DNA of 64,000 bases. Source: Candidatus Saccharimonadota bacterium (GTDB taxonomy: Bacteria; Patescibacteriota; Saccharimonadia; Saccharimonadales; JAXHMH01). This document shows, piece by piece, positions 27,092 to 34,802 of the stretch. How positions within the stretch are numbered: position 1 is the first letter of the stretch; each line of letters opens with the position of its first letter. Location of the stretch: the NCBI GenBank assembly GCA_034521515.1, contig JAXHMH010000002.1:24379-88378 (forward strand), written 5' to 3'. A model generated the notes under the pieces. That model was given only the letters and a program-made list of their open reading frames with translations. It made no database searches and was not told the DNA's origin. The position numbers and the translations under genes were made by a program.

Positions 27092-27502
27092 ATGCAGCAA
27101 GATACAACACCAACGCCTCAGCCACAAACCGGCAAATCAGTTCTTTGTATTGAGGATGAACATTTTATTGGCGAGCTATACACTCGTGCTCTTACACGCG
27201 CCGGCTATGAAATTAACGTGGTTATTGACGGAGTTGAAGGATTAAAAGAAGCCCAGACAAACAAATACGACATCATATTGCTCGATATGATGGTGCCGAA
27301 TTTGACCGGTTTTGAAATTTTGAAACGACTGCGCGATCCATCAATAACCCCTAAGTTGGATGGCAAAATTATCATCACCACCAACCTGGAGCAGGGTGAT
27401 GAAGCCAAAGCCGAGATAGAAAATCAAGCTGACGGTTACGTCGTTAAAGCTGAAATAACCCCAAAACAGCTCGTTAAGTTCCTCGACCAACTCGACACCT
27501 AA
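27092..27502 (+). CDS. single-domain response regulator (receiver only)
   Basis: VLCIEDEHF...DIILLDMMVPNLTGFE...IIITTN...VVKAE; 136 aa, no output domain. Confidence 0.9.
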   Translation: MQQDTTPTPQPQTGKSVLCIEDEHFIGELYTRALTRAGYEINVVIDGVEGLKEAQTNKYDIILLDMMVPNLTGFEILKRLRDPSITPKLDGKIIITTNLEQGDEAKAEIENQADGYVVKAEITPKQLVKFLDQLDT

Positions 27503-27545
27503 GCTCTTACTCTTAGAGTAAGTAACCTGATCACTTTTTGCATAA

Positions 27546-28082
27546 AAGCCAGCACTCCATCCTCCCCACTTTTGGCAGCAAAAGTAGGCAAAACTGCTGG
27601 GCTGCGTTTTTGCCTTGATGTATCTGTTGATACAAAACAGGCTCGCTGGTTCGTCTCTTTTTGCGGCGCAGCAGGCTTTGCCTGGTGGCAGGCAAAAAGG
27701 GAATGCTGTCGGAACTCCCCCTCACCATCTCTTTCGAGAGTGGTGAGGGGTCAGACAGCTCTCGCGCCCAAGGGCGCCTCTTTTACACAACATCTAGTCA
27801 GGACTTTGCAGAGCCAGACCCCGGAATGGCTTCGCCATTCCGGTTAATTATGTGTTCTTTAAAAAGAACACAACTAATGAGGGTCACATCTGAAAAACAG
27901 AAGCGAAGGAGTGCTGGTTGGACGAGTCAAGCCGGTAGTCAAGCTCCGCCAAAGTAACTAGAAAAACTGGCGGAGCCGCTTGTCGTTCTGCCGGCGCGGC
28001 CAACCAGTGCTGCTTCGTACTCTTGTTTTTTCAGTCGTGACGAGCTTTTTGGTTACTTTTTAGCGGACAAAAAGTAACAGGG
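27546..28082 (+). ncRNA. hairpin-dense repeat element, copy A (candidate large structured RNA; family unidentified)
   Basis: Paralog of 42629-43158; at least 8 hairpins plus an 18-bp long-range helix; compensatory differences between copies; G-U pairs valid only on + strand. As a repeat this is certain; as an RNA gene it is inference. Confidence 0.55.
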
Positions 28083-28127
28083 TATTTGATTCTTCCGGCC
28101 TTCGCAGTAGTAATGCTAATTCCCAGT

Positions 28128-28152
28128 ATTTCCAAGACCTGGTCTTGGAAAT
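28128..28152. repeat. 25-nt perfect palindrome atttccaagacc-t-ggtcttggaaat
   Basis: 12-bp arms; the same element (central base complemented) recurs at 31027-31050. Confidence 0.9.
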
Positions 28153-28246
28153 AGCTAGAATATTGTATAACTATCTTGTTGTTCGCTATGGCGGAGTAGG
28201 TTTGGAAAAGAAGGTTAACAGAAGCTTTCGTTTGTGGTGTTTTACT

Positions 28247-28272
28247 AAACGCGCCAGTCGTCTGGCGCGTTT
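28247..28272. terminator. 26-bp palindrome family member
   Basis: aaacgcgccagtcgtctggcgcgttt, 14 nt downstream of the minus-strand small gene 28286..28456. Confidence 0.5.
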
Positions 28273-28285
28273 ATTTTACAGGCTA

Positions 28286-28456
28286 TTAACGCTGCGTTGT
28301 TAGGTGATAGCCAAAACAAACAGGGCATTTGTAAACGCGGGTAGGCTTTTTAAGTTCTCGGGTAGGGTTGATCCGTTTTAGCGCGGCCTGAGCATCAGCG
28401 TCGCTACCAAACCTCCGCTTGCGCTTACACGCCACCTTTTCATTAATACTCGCCAT
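28286..28456 (-). CDS. small zinc-ribbon-like protein (56 aa; below ORF-track cutoff)
   Basis: Own translation: MASINEKVACKRKRRFGSDADAQAALKRINPTRELKKPTRVYKCPVCFGYHLTTQR; C..C/CPVC pairs. Confidence 0.45.
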   Translation of the reverse strand: MASINEKVACKRKRRFGSDADAQAALKRINPTRELKKPTRVYKCPVCFGYHLTTQR

Positions 28457-28595
28457 GAGCCTATTCTACCTCACTACTATCTCAAATATCGTACACGTAC
28501 GTATGAAAGTGCCGTAAATTTTATGAACTAAAAATCACTAGGGAAATTGGACGAGATATGTGTTTTTAGTATTAATTGAGTGCTACTATAGATAC

Positions 28596-28799
28596 ATGGA
28601 TGACCAACAATTAGACGATTTGAAACAATTTATCGAAGCTACTGTCTCCCAGACGGAGGCGCGGCTTGAGCAGAGAATCGATGACCTTAGCAAAGATATG
28701 CATAGCGGGTTTTCCGGGGTAGGCGAGGCAATCGAACAAATACACACAGAGGCTGCTACGCATGAGCGGCGCCTGACAAACCTCGAAAAAACTGCCTAG
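28596..28799 (+). CDS. small hypothetical coiled-coil protein
   Basis: MDDQQLDDLKQFIEATVSQTEARLEQRIDDLSKDMH...; 67 aa. Confidence 0.4.
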   Translation: MDDQQLDDLKQFIEATVSQTEARLEQRIDDLSKDMHSGFSGVGEAIEQIHTEAATHERRLTNLEKTA

Positions 28800-29019
28800 A
28801 ACTTGGCAAAGGGTATATACTCAACGTAGTCGTGTAGGTACTTTGGGAATATCCTGACTTCTACTTACAGGCTTATCTAACTACCTAGTCTTCCTTCTAC
28901 GCTTAGGCCAACGGAGGATGGCTCTCGTCACCACAAACGTGACGCTACAATTACAATATCCGATCGCAACCGCGGACACTGGTTGCACCTCTTTTATTAC
29001 ACGTAATTGGTAGTTAGAT

Positions 29020-29298
29020 ATGAATAATTCGATTCTTATTAACGAGCGGGTTGAGGTCATTACTGTGTTTCGGACGCACAGCAGTGAAGGCAGTATTTGC
29101 GTGCCCGCCAAAATGAAATACAAGAACCAGGAAATCTTGTTTACCGAGCTGGGGCTGCGGCACCCAACTTCCAAGGGTAAACGCATGGTTCATGTGTTTG
29201 ATATGAGTGATGGCGCCAACGATTACCGGCTAGAGTTCGACGCCGAGATGCTCACCTGGACACTAATTGCCATACTGGAGGGCCACTATGCAGCTTGA
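29020..29298 (+). CDS. small hypothetical protein translationally coupled to the Y-family polymerase
   Basis: 92 aa; its last 11 nt overlap the polymerase start (ATG 29288). Confidence 0.55.
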   Translation: MNNSILINERVEVITVFRTHSSEGSICVPAKMKYKNQEILFTELGLRHPTSKGKRMVHVFDMSDGANDYRLEFDAEMLTWTLIAILEGHYAA

Positions 29299-30544
29299 TA
29301 TCAGCCGGGAAGAAGCTCAGATTATGCACATCGATCTCAACAGTGCCTTTGCCACCACCGAGCAACAAGCGCACCCGTCCTTGCGCGGCAAACCAATTGG
29401 CGTGACTAACCGCATCTCCAAATACTGCTGCGTAATTGCAGCCTCTTACGAGGCCAAAGCACTAGGCGTAAAAGTCGGCATGCGGCTAGATGAAGCTAGA
29501 GCACTCATACCAGACTTCATTATTCTAGAAACCGACCCGCCCAAATACCACCACGTCTACCAAAAACTGGCCGCCATCATGAAGGATTATTCGCCGGATG
29601 TGCAAATGAAAAGTATTGATGAGGGAGTGATTGATTTTCATGGCACTAGAGGCGTCATTAACCCACGCCCGCTTAAAGACATTGGGCATGAAATAAAGCG
29701 GCGAGTCCGGCAAGAAATCGGCAGCTGGATGCGCATCAACGTCGGAATTGGATCGAACCGGTTTTTGGCCAAAACAGCAGCTGGACTACACAAACCCGAC
29801 GGTCTAGACCTGATAGACCACCGCAACCTGCACCAGGTATACGCTGACATGAAACTGACCGATCTAACCGGCATTGCCTCGCACTACGAGGCCCGGCTCA
29901 ATGCGGCCGGTATTTACACGCCGCTGCAGTTTTTGGACGCGCCAGCCGATGTGCTGCGGCGTTTAGTGTTCCATAGCGTGGTAGGGGAGGATTGGTACCA
30001 GCGGTTACGGGGTTACGAGGTAGACAATGTGCCAACCAAGCTCGGCAACGTTGGCCGGCAATACGTGCTGGACACTCGCACGGCTGACGAGAGCGTCATT
30101 TTGCCCCGGTTCCAGTATTTGTGTGACACCACCGGCAAAAAGCTGCGATACAACAACGTAGACGCTCGCGGAGTGCTAGTCTGGGCAACTTTCCAATCAG
30201 GCGACAGTTGGTACCAGCGTAAAATGTTTAAGACCACGTTTTATACCGACCGTGACATCTACCAGCGAGCGCTCTTTTTATTCAACCAGCGCCCCAAGCA
30301 CATGATAATCAGCGCCATGGGCATTACCTGCTACATGCTCACACCAAGCAGCCGCAGCCAGTCTAGCTTGTTTGAATCAGTCAACCGTGAGGAGTGGCTA
30401 ACTACTGCTGTGGATGAGATAAACAATCGCTACGGCACATTCATGATTGCTGCCGCTAACTCGCTGGAAGGCAAGAACGTCGTCAAGCAAAAAATACCGT
30501 TTGGCGGCACCAAATATTTCGAACTGCTCCTAAAACGCGCTTAG
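29288..30544 (+). CDS. Y-family DNA polymerase (DinB/UmuC-like)
   Basis: IMHIDLNSAFATTEQQ...LRGKPIGV...YEAKALGVKVGM...SIDEGVIDF...IGSNRFLAKTAAGLHKPDG. Confidence 0.9.
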   Translation: MQLDISREEAQIMHIDLNSAFATTEQQAHPSLRGKPIGVTNRISKYCCVIAASYEAKALGVKVGMRLDEARALIPDFIILETDPPKYHHVYQKLAAIMKDYSPDVQMKSIDEGVIDFHGTRGVINPRPLKDIGHEIKRRVRQEIGSWMRINVGIGSNRFLAKTAAGLHKPDGLDLIDHRNLHQVYADMKLTDLTGIASHYEARLNAAGIYTPLQFLDAPADVLRRLVFHSVVGEDWYQRLRGYEVDNVPTKLGNVGRQYVLDTRTADESVILPRFQYLCDTTGKKLRYNNVDARGVLVWATFQSGDSWYQRKMFKTTFYTDRDIYQRALFLFNQRPKHMIISAMGITCYMLTPSSRSQSSLFESVNREEWLTTAVDEINNRYGTFMIAAANSLEGKNVVKQKIPFGGTKYFELLLKRA

Positions 30545-30572
30545 TCGTAAAAAGTTAGAGTAAACTAGGAGC

Positions 30573-31001
30573 ATGAAGATACACATGGTAACCGTTGGCA
30601 AGCCAAAACTCGCCTATGCAGCATCTGGTTGGGATGAGTATTTAGGCCGTCTACAGCACTATCACCAAGTGCGCGTCACGCACCTCGCCGATAAGAATAA
30701 TAATGCGGATAGCTTGCTGGCCGCAGCCGGCAACGCGTACAAAATTGCGCTCGTCATTGACGGCAAACAATTTACCAGCAAGGAGCTGGCGGAATTTCTA
30801 GACAAACGCGCGCTGAATGGCAGGGAAGTCTGCCTACTCATCGGCGGACCGGACGGCCTGCAACCAGAGGTAATCGATGCCGCAGATTTCCAAATGGGTC
30901 TATCCCGCATGACATTCCCGCATGACCTGGCAATGGTCATCCTCCTGGAAGCCCTCTACCGCGCAAGCACCGTCAGCGCCGGCCAGCCTTATCATAAATA
31001 A
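30573..31001 (+). CDS. rlmH: 23S rRNA (pseudouridine1915-N3)-methyltransferase (SPOUT)
   Basis: MKIHMVTVGKPKLAYAASGWDEYLGRL...LLIGGPDGL...LSRMTFPHDLAMVILLEALYRASTVSAGQPYHK. Confidence 0.9.
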   Translation: MKIHMVTVGKPKLAYAASGWDEYLGRLQHYHQVRVTHLADKNNNADSLLAAAGNAYKIALVIDGKQFTSKELAEFLDKRALNGREVCLLIGGPDGLQPEVIDAADFQMGLSRMTFPHDLAMVILLEALYRASTVSAGQPYHK

Positions 31002-31026
31002 AACATACTATATAACATTATCCTTG

Positions 31027-31050
31027 TTTCCAAGACCAGGTCTTGGAAAT
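31027..31050. repeat. second copy of the ttccaagacc/ggtcttggaa palindrome
   Basis: tttccaagacc-a-ggtcttggaaat, 26 nt after the rlmH stop. Confidence 0.9.
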
Positions 31051-31097
31051 GCCTTGGAAATGCACTATGTTGGAGAGTATTTATTTGTTATAAATAA

Positions 31098-31126
31098 GAA
31101 AAGAGCCTCCTTGGAGGCTCTTTTTA
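31098..31126. terminator. bidirectional intrinsic terminator
   Basis: aaaagagcctccttggaggctcttttt: GC-rich stem flanked by an A-run and a T-run, between convergent rlmH and 31145..31414. Confidence 0.65.
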
Positions 31127-31144
31127 GTAGGACACTAATCGTTT

Positions 31145-31414
31145 TTATTCGTTTAGCGCTTCGTCTATCTCTGACGTGTCCAATTCGCTATCGACATCAA
31201 TGTCTTTTAAGTAGCTCTCGGCCTCTTCCAGATCCTGACTATCGCTCACCTCAGGAGCAGGCGTTCGCTCTTGACTGGTTACTTCCGGCGTCGATTCCGT
31301 GCCGTTTTCCTGAGCATCGTATACTCGCCAGCCTGCAAATGCTACTACGGCGACTACTACTAATATAGCGATGATAGCTATAGCGGAAAAACCTTGTTGA
31401 TTATTCCTCATCAT
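31145..31414 (-). CDS. small membrane-anchored acidic protein (pilin-like N-terminus lacking Glu5)
   Basis: MMRNNQQGFSAIAIIAILVVVAVVAFAGW... then acidic tail; start at ATGATG 31414, 14-nt overlap with the upstream gene. Confidence 0.5.
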   Translation of the reverse strand: MMRNNQQGFSAIAIIAILVVVAVVAFAGWRVYDAQENGTESTPEVTSQERTPAPEVSDSQDLEEAESYLKDIDVDSELDTSEIDEALNE

Positions 31415-32054
31415 TTTCAACCTCCACTTCATCTTCACTTTCTTCAGAATTCGCCTCTTGTTCCTGAACAGCTTCTGCACGCAAATCGCTTATCAAGGCG
31501 ACCAATTCTGTCCGATAGGCCCTGAGACTTTCTCGTGCGTCGGCAATCGCTTCGCGATATCCCGCTAATTGATCACCAACATTTTGGTTCTCGCAGTCTA
31601 GCTCAAATGTGTATTCACTGACAACTTGTAGCGATGCCTCTGCGTTAGCCTTTGCTGATTCTATATTCAACAGATGTGTTTCGTAGTTATCCACTGTCAG
31701 CTGATTTGACTCGTAAAAACCTTGAACTCGTTCATACACCGTGTCGATTGATGTCTTAACCGATGTTGCGCCAGTGGCGAGTCGCGGCATGACCCGTACT
31801 AGATTCTGTTGACGACGCTCACATACTTCTTGTTGAATAGTTGCTCTTCTTTGTGCAACCTCTTGTTGGATCTGAGCCTTGCGTTCTTCAACGTCAGGCT
31901 TGGGCGGCTGTGCCCGTTCACGAGCCTCAGCGGCGGTCGCTTGGGCTTGTTCGCGCTTTTGCGATATATCAGGGCGGCCTTGTGCAAACACAATAGACTG
32001 CACACCAGCAACAACGAAAACCCCGACTATCAACAGTCCGAGGTACTTTTTCAT
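31401..32054 (-). CDS. secreted coiled-coil protein with acidic tail
   Basis: Signal-peptide-like MKKYLGLLIVGVFVVAGVQSIVFAQG, helical Q/E/R-rich body, C-terminal EESEDEVEVENDEE. Confidence 0.6.
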   Translation of the reverse strand: MKKYLGLLIVGVFVVAGVQSIVFAQGRPDISQKREQAQATAAEARERAQPPKPDVEERKAQIQQEVAQRRATIQQEVCERRQQNLVRVMPRLATGATSVKTSIDTVYERVQGFYESNQLTVDNYETHLLNIESAKANAEASLQVVSEYTFELDCENQNVGDQLAGYREAIADARESLRAYRTELVALISDLRAEAVQEQEANSEESEDEVEVENDEE

Positions 32055-32242
32055 ACTTATTCCTTTACTATTACATTATAAATGCAACTCCATATTAGTT
32101 CCGTAAGCAGGCGATTGCAACCCGCTCATGGTTGGCGTACTCGGTACTTCAGAAATTGCAGAAATTGCGCAGTGAATATAGACTCTGTGGCTTGCAGGGT
32201 TTGCACGTTTTTTGCAAGGTCTAACCTTGCAAACCTGGCATC

Positions 32243-32327
32243 CCCGCATGATCTAGCGATGGTCATACTACTAGAGGCCATCTACCGCGGCAGCACTATA
32301 TCTGCTGGTCAGCCGTATCATAAATAG
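32243..32327 (+). pseudogene. detached second copy of the rlmH 3' end (last 28 codons plus stop)
   Basis: Encodes PHDLAMVILLEAIYRGSTISAGQPYHK* versus PHDLAMVILLEALYRASTVSAGQPYHK* at 30918-31001. By my codon comparison there are 12 synonymous and 3 replacement codon differences. No upstream rlmH body. Confidence 0.8.
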
Positions 32328-32346
32328 CTTTTTCGCCAACCAATCT

Positions 32347-32375
32347 AAAAACCCCACGCGAAAGGTGGGGTTTTT
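32347..32375. terminator. bidirectional intrinsic terminator-like hairpin
   Basis: aaaaaccccacgcgaaaggtggggttttt. Confidence 0.55.
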
Positions 32376-32378
32376 AGA

Positions 32379-32398
32379 TTGGTGACCTCACGGAGAAT
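32379..32398. repeat. 20-nt duplicate of the tRNA-Glu 3' end
   Basis: ttggtgacctcacggagaat at 32379-32398 is identical to 32523-32542. Confidence 0.9.
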
Positions 32399-32523
32399 AT
32401 TGAAATATAATCCGCCCGTTTGTCGCTAAAGCGACGGGGGATTAGCGAACTCTGGGGTTCGATTCGTCCGCCAGTCGACGGACCACCAAACAAAAACACC
32501 CACTCGGGGTGGGTGACTTTGTT

Positions 32524-32598
32524 TGGTGACCTCACGGAGAATCGAACTCCGATTTTCAGGATGAGAACCTGATGTCCTAACCGTTAGACGATGAGGCC
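32524..32598 (-). tRNA. tRNA-Glu (anticodon CUC), CCA encoded
   Basis: Minus strand GGCCTCATCGTCTAACGGTTAGGACATCAGG-TTCTCAT-CCTGAAAATCGGAGTTCGATTCTCCGTGAGGTCACCA. Confidence 0.9.
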
Positions 32599-32863
32599 AA
32601 ATTTCTAGTGATGCGGGCGAAAGTGTTTACATTTTCGCACATATCCGAGAAATTTGTGCCTGATACCTTAGTATAAGGCCTCGTATAGCTTCAGGCCGGG
32701 ACAGCTACTATTTATATTTACTGGCTGTCTCGGCTTCGGCATATAATCTCGCTAATCGCTCGATTATCAGAACCGACGGTCGGTTTCTGCAAAATACTAA
32801 CATATTTTGCTGTCACCCTCTGGTCGCTTTTTTACTTTCAACTTTCAACTTTATACTTGATAC

Positions 32864-32882
32864 TATCAGCTGACAGCTGATA
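32864..32882. promoter_or_regulatory. 19-bp perfect palindrome, operator candidate upstream of the kinase/regulator pair
   Basis: tatcagctg-a-cagctgata, about 110 nt upstream of ATG 32991; preceded by tttcaactttcaacttt direct repeats. Confidence 0.3.
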
Positions 32883-32990
32883 AATCCTAGCATAACAGAG
32901 GCAGGCGGGCAAGAGAACATCCGTTGTTTGACAGAGTATAACGTGACATAATGGTAACGGTTAACAGACAACGGGCACCACGAAACAGAT

Positions 32991-34703
32991 ATGCAACATG
33001 TACCGCTCAAGTGGCTCACACGACTACGCCTAGCACTTGGCTTATATAGCCTTTACTTTGTCGCTGGCTACGGCTTAACGACTATTTTTGAGCTGCCCGA
33101 TATCCAGTCTGCGCTTGCGCTGAACGTGTATCTGGCAATACTGGCTAGTGTACACCTGCTTTATGAACTCAGTATTGGTCTGCTTATGTTCAAGCGAAGC
33201 CCTTGGACGTCCGCGGCCATTTCGCTTGCCGCTGTCTCACTTATTGCTTTTATCGCTATAGAGATGACCGGAAACTACAGTTCGCCTTACTGGATTATGC
33301 TGTTTACTCTGATCTTCCTTAGCGGCATGCTCGGGTCGTATATAGCGCCAGGTTTCGTGTTTATCCTCACCATAGGATTGGTATTTAGTGTTACCGGCTT
33401 CTTTACCGGTGACTTTGAGCTAATCCACGGATTAACTGTTGTAGGCCTCGGAATACTTATATCGGTAATCAATCACTTTGTCTGGAGGCGATACTATGAA
33501 ACACCAGAGAAGAAAGATAGCCAGCTAGCAGCCATGCTCAAGAATAAGCAGCTACAGTCTGAGACTCTGGTTAGGTCTATCAGCGACGGCGTTATTGTGA
33601 CGGATACTGACGGAAAAATAACCTTAATGAACCCTGCAGCCGCTACGTTAAGCGCCTGGCCGATTGAGGAAGCCACAGGTCTAGACCTCCACTCCGTTTT
33701 GTCGTTGACTCAAGAAAACGATGCCCCGTTAGAAGTCGATTTATTCAAGCAAGTTATGGCCAACAAAAAGCCAGCCTCTTCTTATGTGACACTAACGGAT
33801 CGGCAAGGAAGTCGGAAATATATAGTTTCGCTAGTAATTTCACCGGTTCTTGCGCCGAAGACTGAGGAATTATTGGGTGTCGTCGCTGTCTTACGTGATG
33901 TCAGCCGCCAACGACGAGAAGAGCAGCAGCGAGCGGAGTTTATCAGCACCGCTAGCCATGAGATGCGTACACCGGTTGCCGCGATCGAGGGCTATCTAGC
34001 ACTCGCTATGAACGAAAAGATTAGCAAGATTGATAGCAAAGCTCGAAGCCACCTTGAAAAAGCCTACGCTTCAACAAAACATCTCGGAAAGTTATTCCAA
34101 GATCTATTGACTAGCGCAAAAGCTGAAGACGGTCGGCTTGTTAGTCACCCAGTTGTCGTAGAGATGGGTAGCTACCTTGAAAAGCTAGTTGATACACTTA
34201 AGTTCGGCGCCGAAAAGAAAGGGCTTTTAACCGACTTCGTCATTGGTGGAACAGAAGAATCCGGTAGCCAAGTAGGCGGAAAAGTCGTACGTCCCTTGTA
34301 TTATGCCAGTGTTGACCCGGATCGATTGCGCGAAGCAATCACGAATCTGTTCGATAACGCTGTCAAATACACCGAAAAAGGCAAGGTGTCGATCGGATTG
34401 ACAGGCGATCAGCAGGTAATTCAAATTTTCATCCAAGATACCGGATCGGGCATACCTGCAGAAGATGTACCGCATTTATTCCAGAAATTCTATCGCGTAG
34501 ACAATTCTGCTACTCGTACTGTTGGCGGTACAGGTCTCGGTTTATTTATTTGCCGCAAGATTATTGAACTATACGGCGGTAGGATTTGGGTAGAGAGTAC
34601 TGTCGGGAAGGGCAGCACCTTTTACATCAATTTACCGAGGCTTGATACCCAGCAAGCCCAGAGACTCCAAGCTTCTCAGACAGATAATTCCACTCAAACT
34701 TAG
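32991..34703 (+). CDS. sensor histidine kinase (multi-TM N-terminus, PAS, HisKA, HATPase_c)
   Basis: About 6 TM helices; PAS-like ISDGVIVTDTDGKITLMNPAAATL; H-box STASHEMRTPV; NLFDNAVKYT; DTGSGIP; GGTGLGLFICRK. Confidence 0.9.
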   Translation: MQHVPLKWLTRLRLALGLYSLYFVAGYGLTTIFELPDIQSALALNVYLAILASVHLLYELSIGLLMFKRSPWTSAAISLAAVSLIAFIAIEMTGNYSSPYWIMLFTLIFLSGMLGSYIAPGFVFILTIGLVFSVTGFFTGDFELIHGLTVVGLGILISVINHFVWRRYYETPEKKDSQLAAMLKNKQLQSETLVRSISDGVIVTDTDGKITLMNPAAATLSAWPIEEATGLDLHSVLSLTQENDAPLEVDLFKQVMANKKPASSYVTLTDRQGSRKYIVSLVISPVLAPKTEELLGVVAVLRDVSRQRREEQQRAEFISTASHEMRTPVAAIEGYLALAMNEKISKIDSKARSHLEKAYASTKHLGKLFQDLLTSAKAEDGRLVSHPVVVEMGSYLEKLVDTLKFGAEKKGLLTDFVIGGTEESGSQVGGKVVRPLYYASVDPDRLREAITNLFDNAVKYTEKGKVSIGLTGDQQVIQIFIQDTGSGIPAEDVPHLFQKFYRVDNSATRTVGGTGLGLFICRKIIELYGGRIWVESTVGKGSTFYINLPRLDTQQAQRLQASQTDNSTQT

Positions 34704-34802
34704 CAGACCTAGGGTCAATTTCAGTTTGTATAACCTGTTCACATGTTACAATATGTATTAACATAAGCTTGATTAGCAAACAAGAAAAGGAATTAGGCAC
34801 CC

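Noticed and set aside
27546-28082. The 530-nt elements as protein-coding (track ORFs 27572..27847, 27661..27957, 42698..42946, 42822..43040) or as a known housekeeping RNA
   Set aside because: The peptide similarity between copies only mirrors nucleotide identity. In copy B an indel splits what is one frame in copy A into two frames. The differences are compensatory in helices rather than synonymous. From memory, I found no RNase P (GGAAAGUCC, ACAGAAnCCGGCUUA), tmRNA (tRNA-like ends, tag ORF), SRP (GGAA followed by AGCAGCC in an apical hairpin) or group II domain V motifs.
32082-32327. Track ORF 32082..32327 as an independent gene
   Set aside because: Only its last 28 codons are meaningful, and these are the detached rlmH 3' end. 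The upstream 53 codons have no similarity to RlmH and contain hairpin and repeat sequence.
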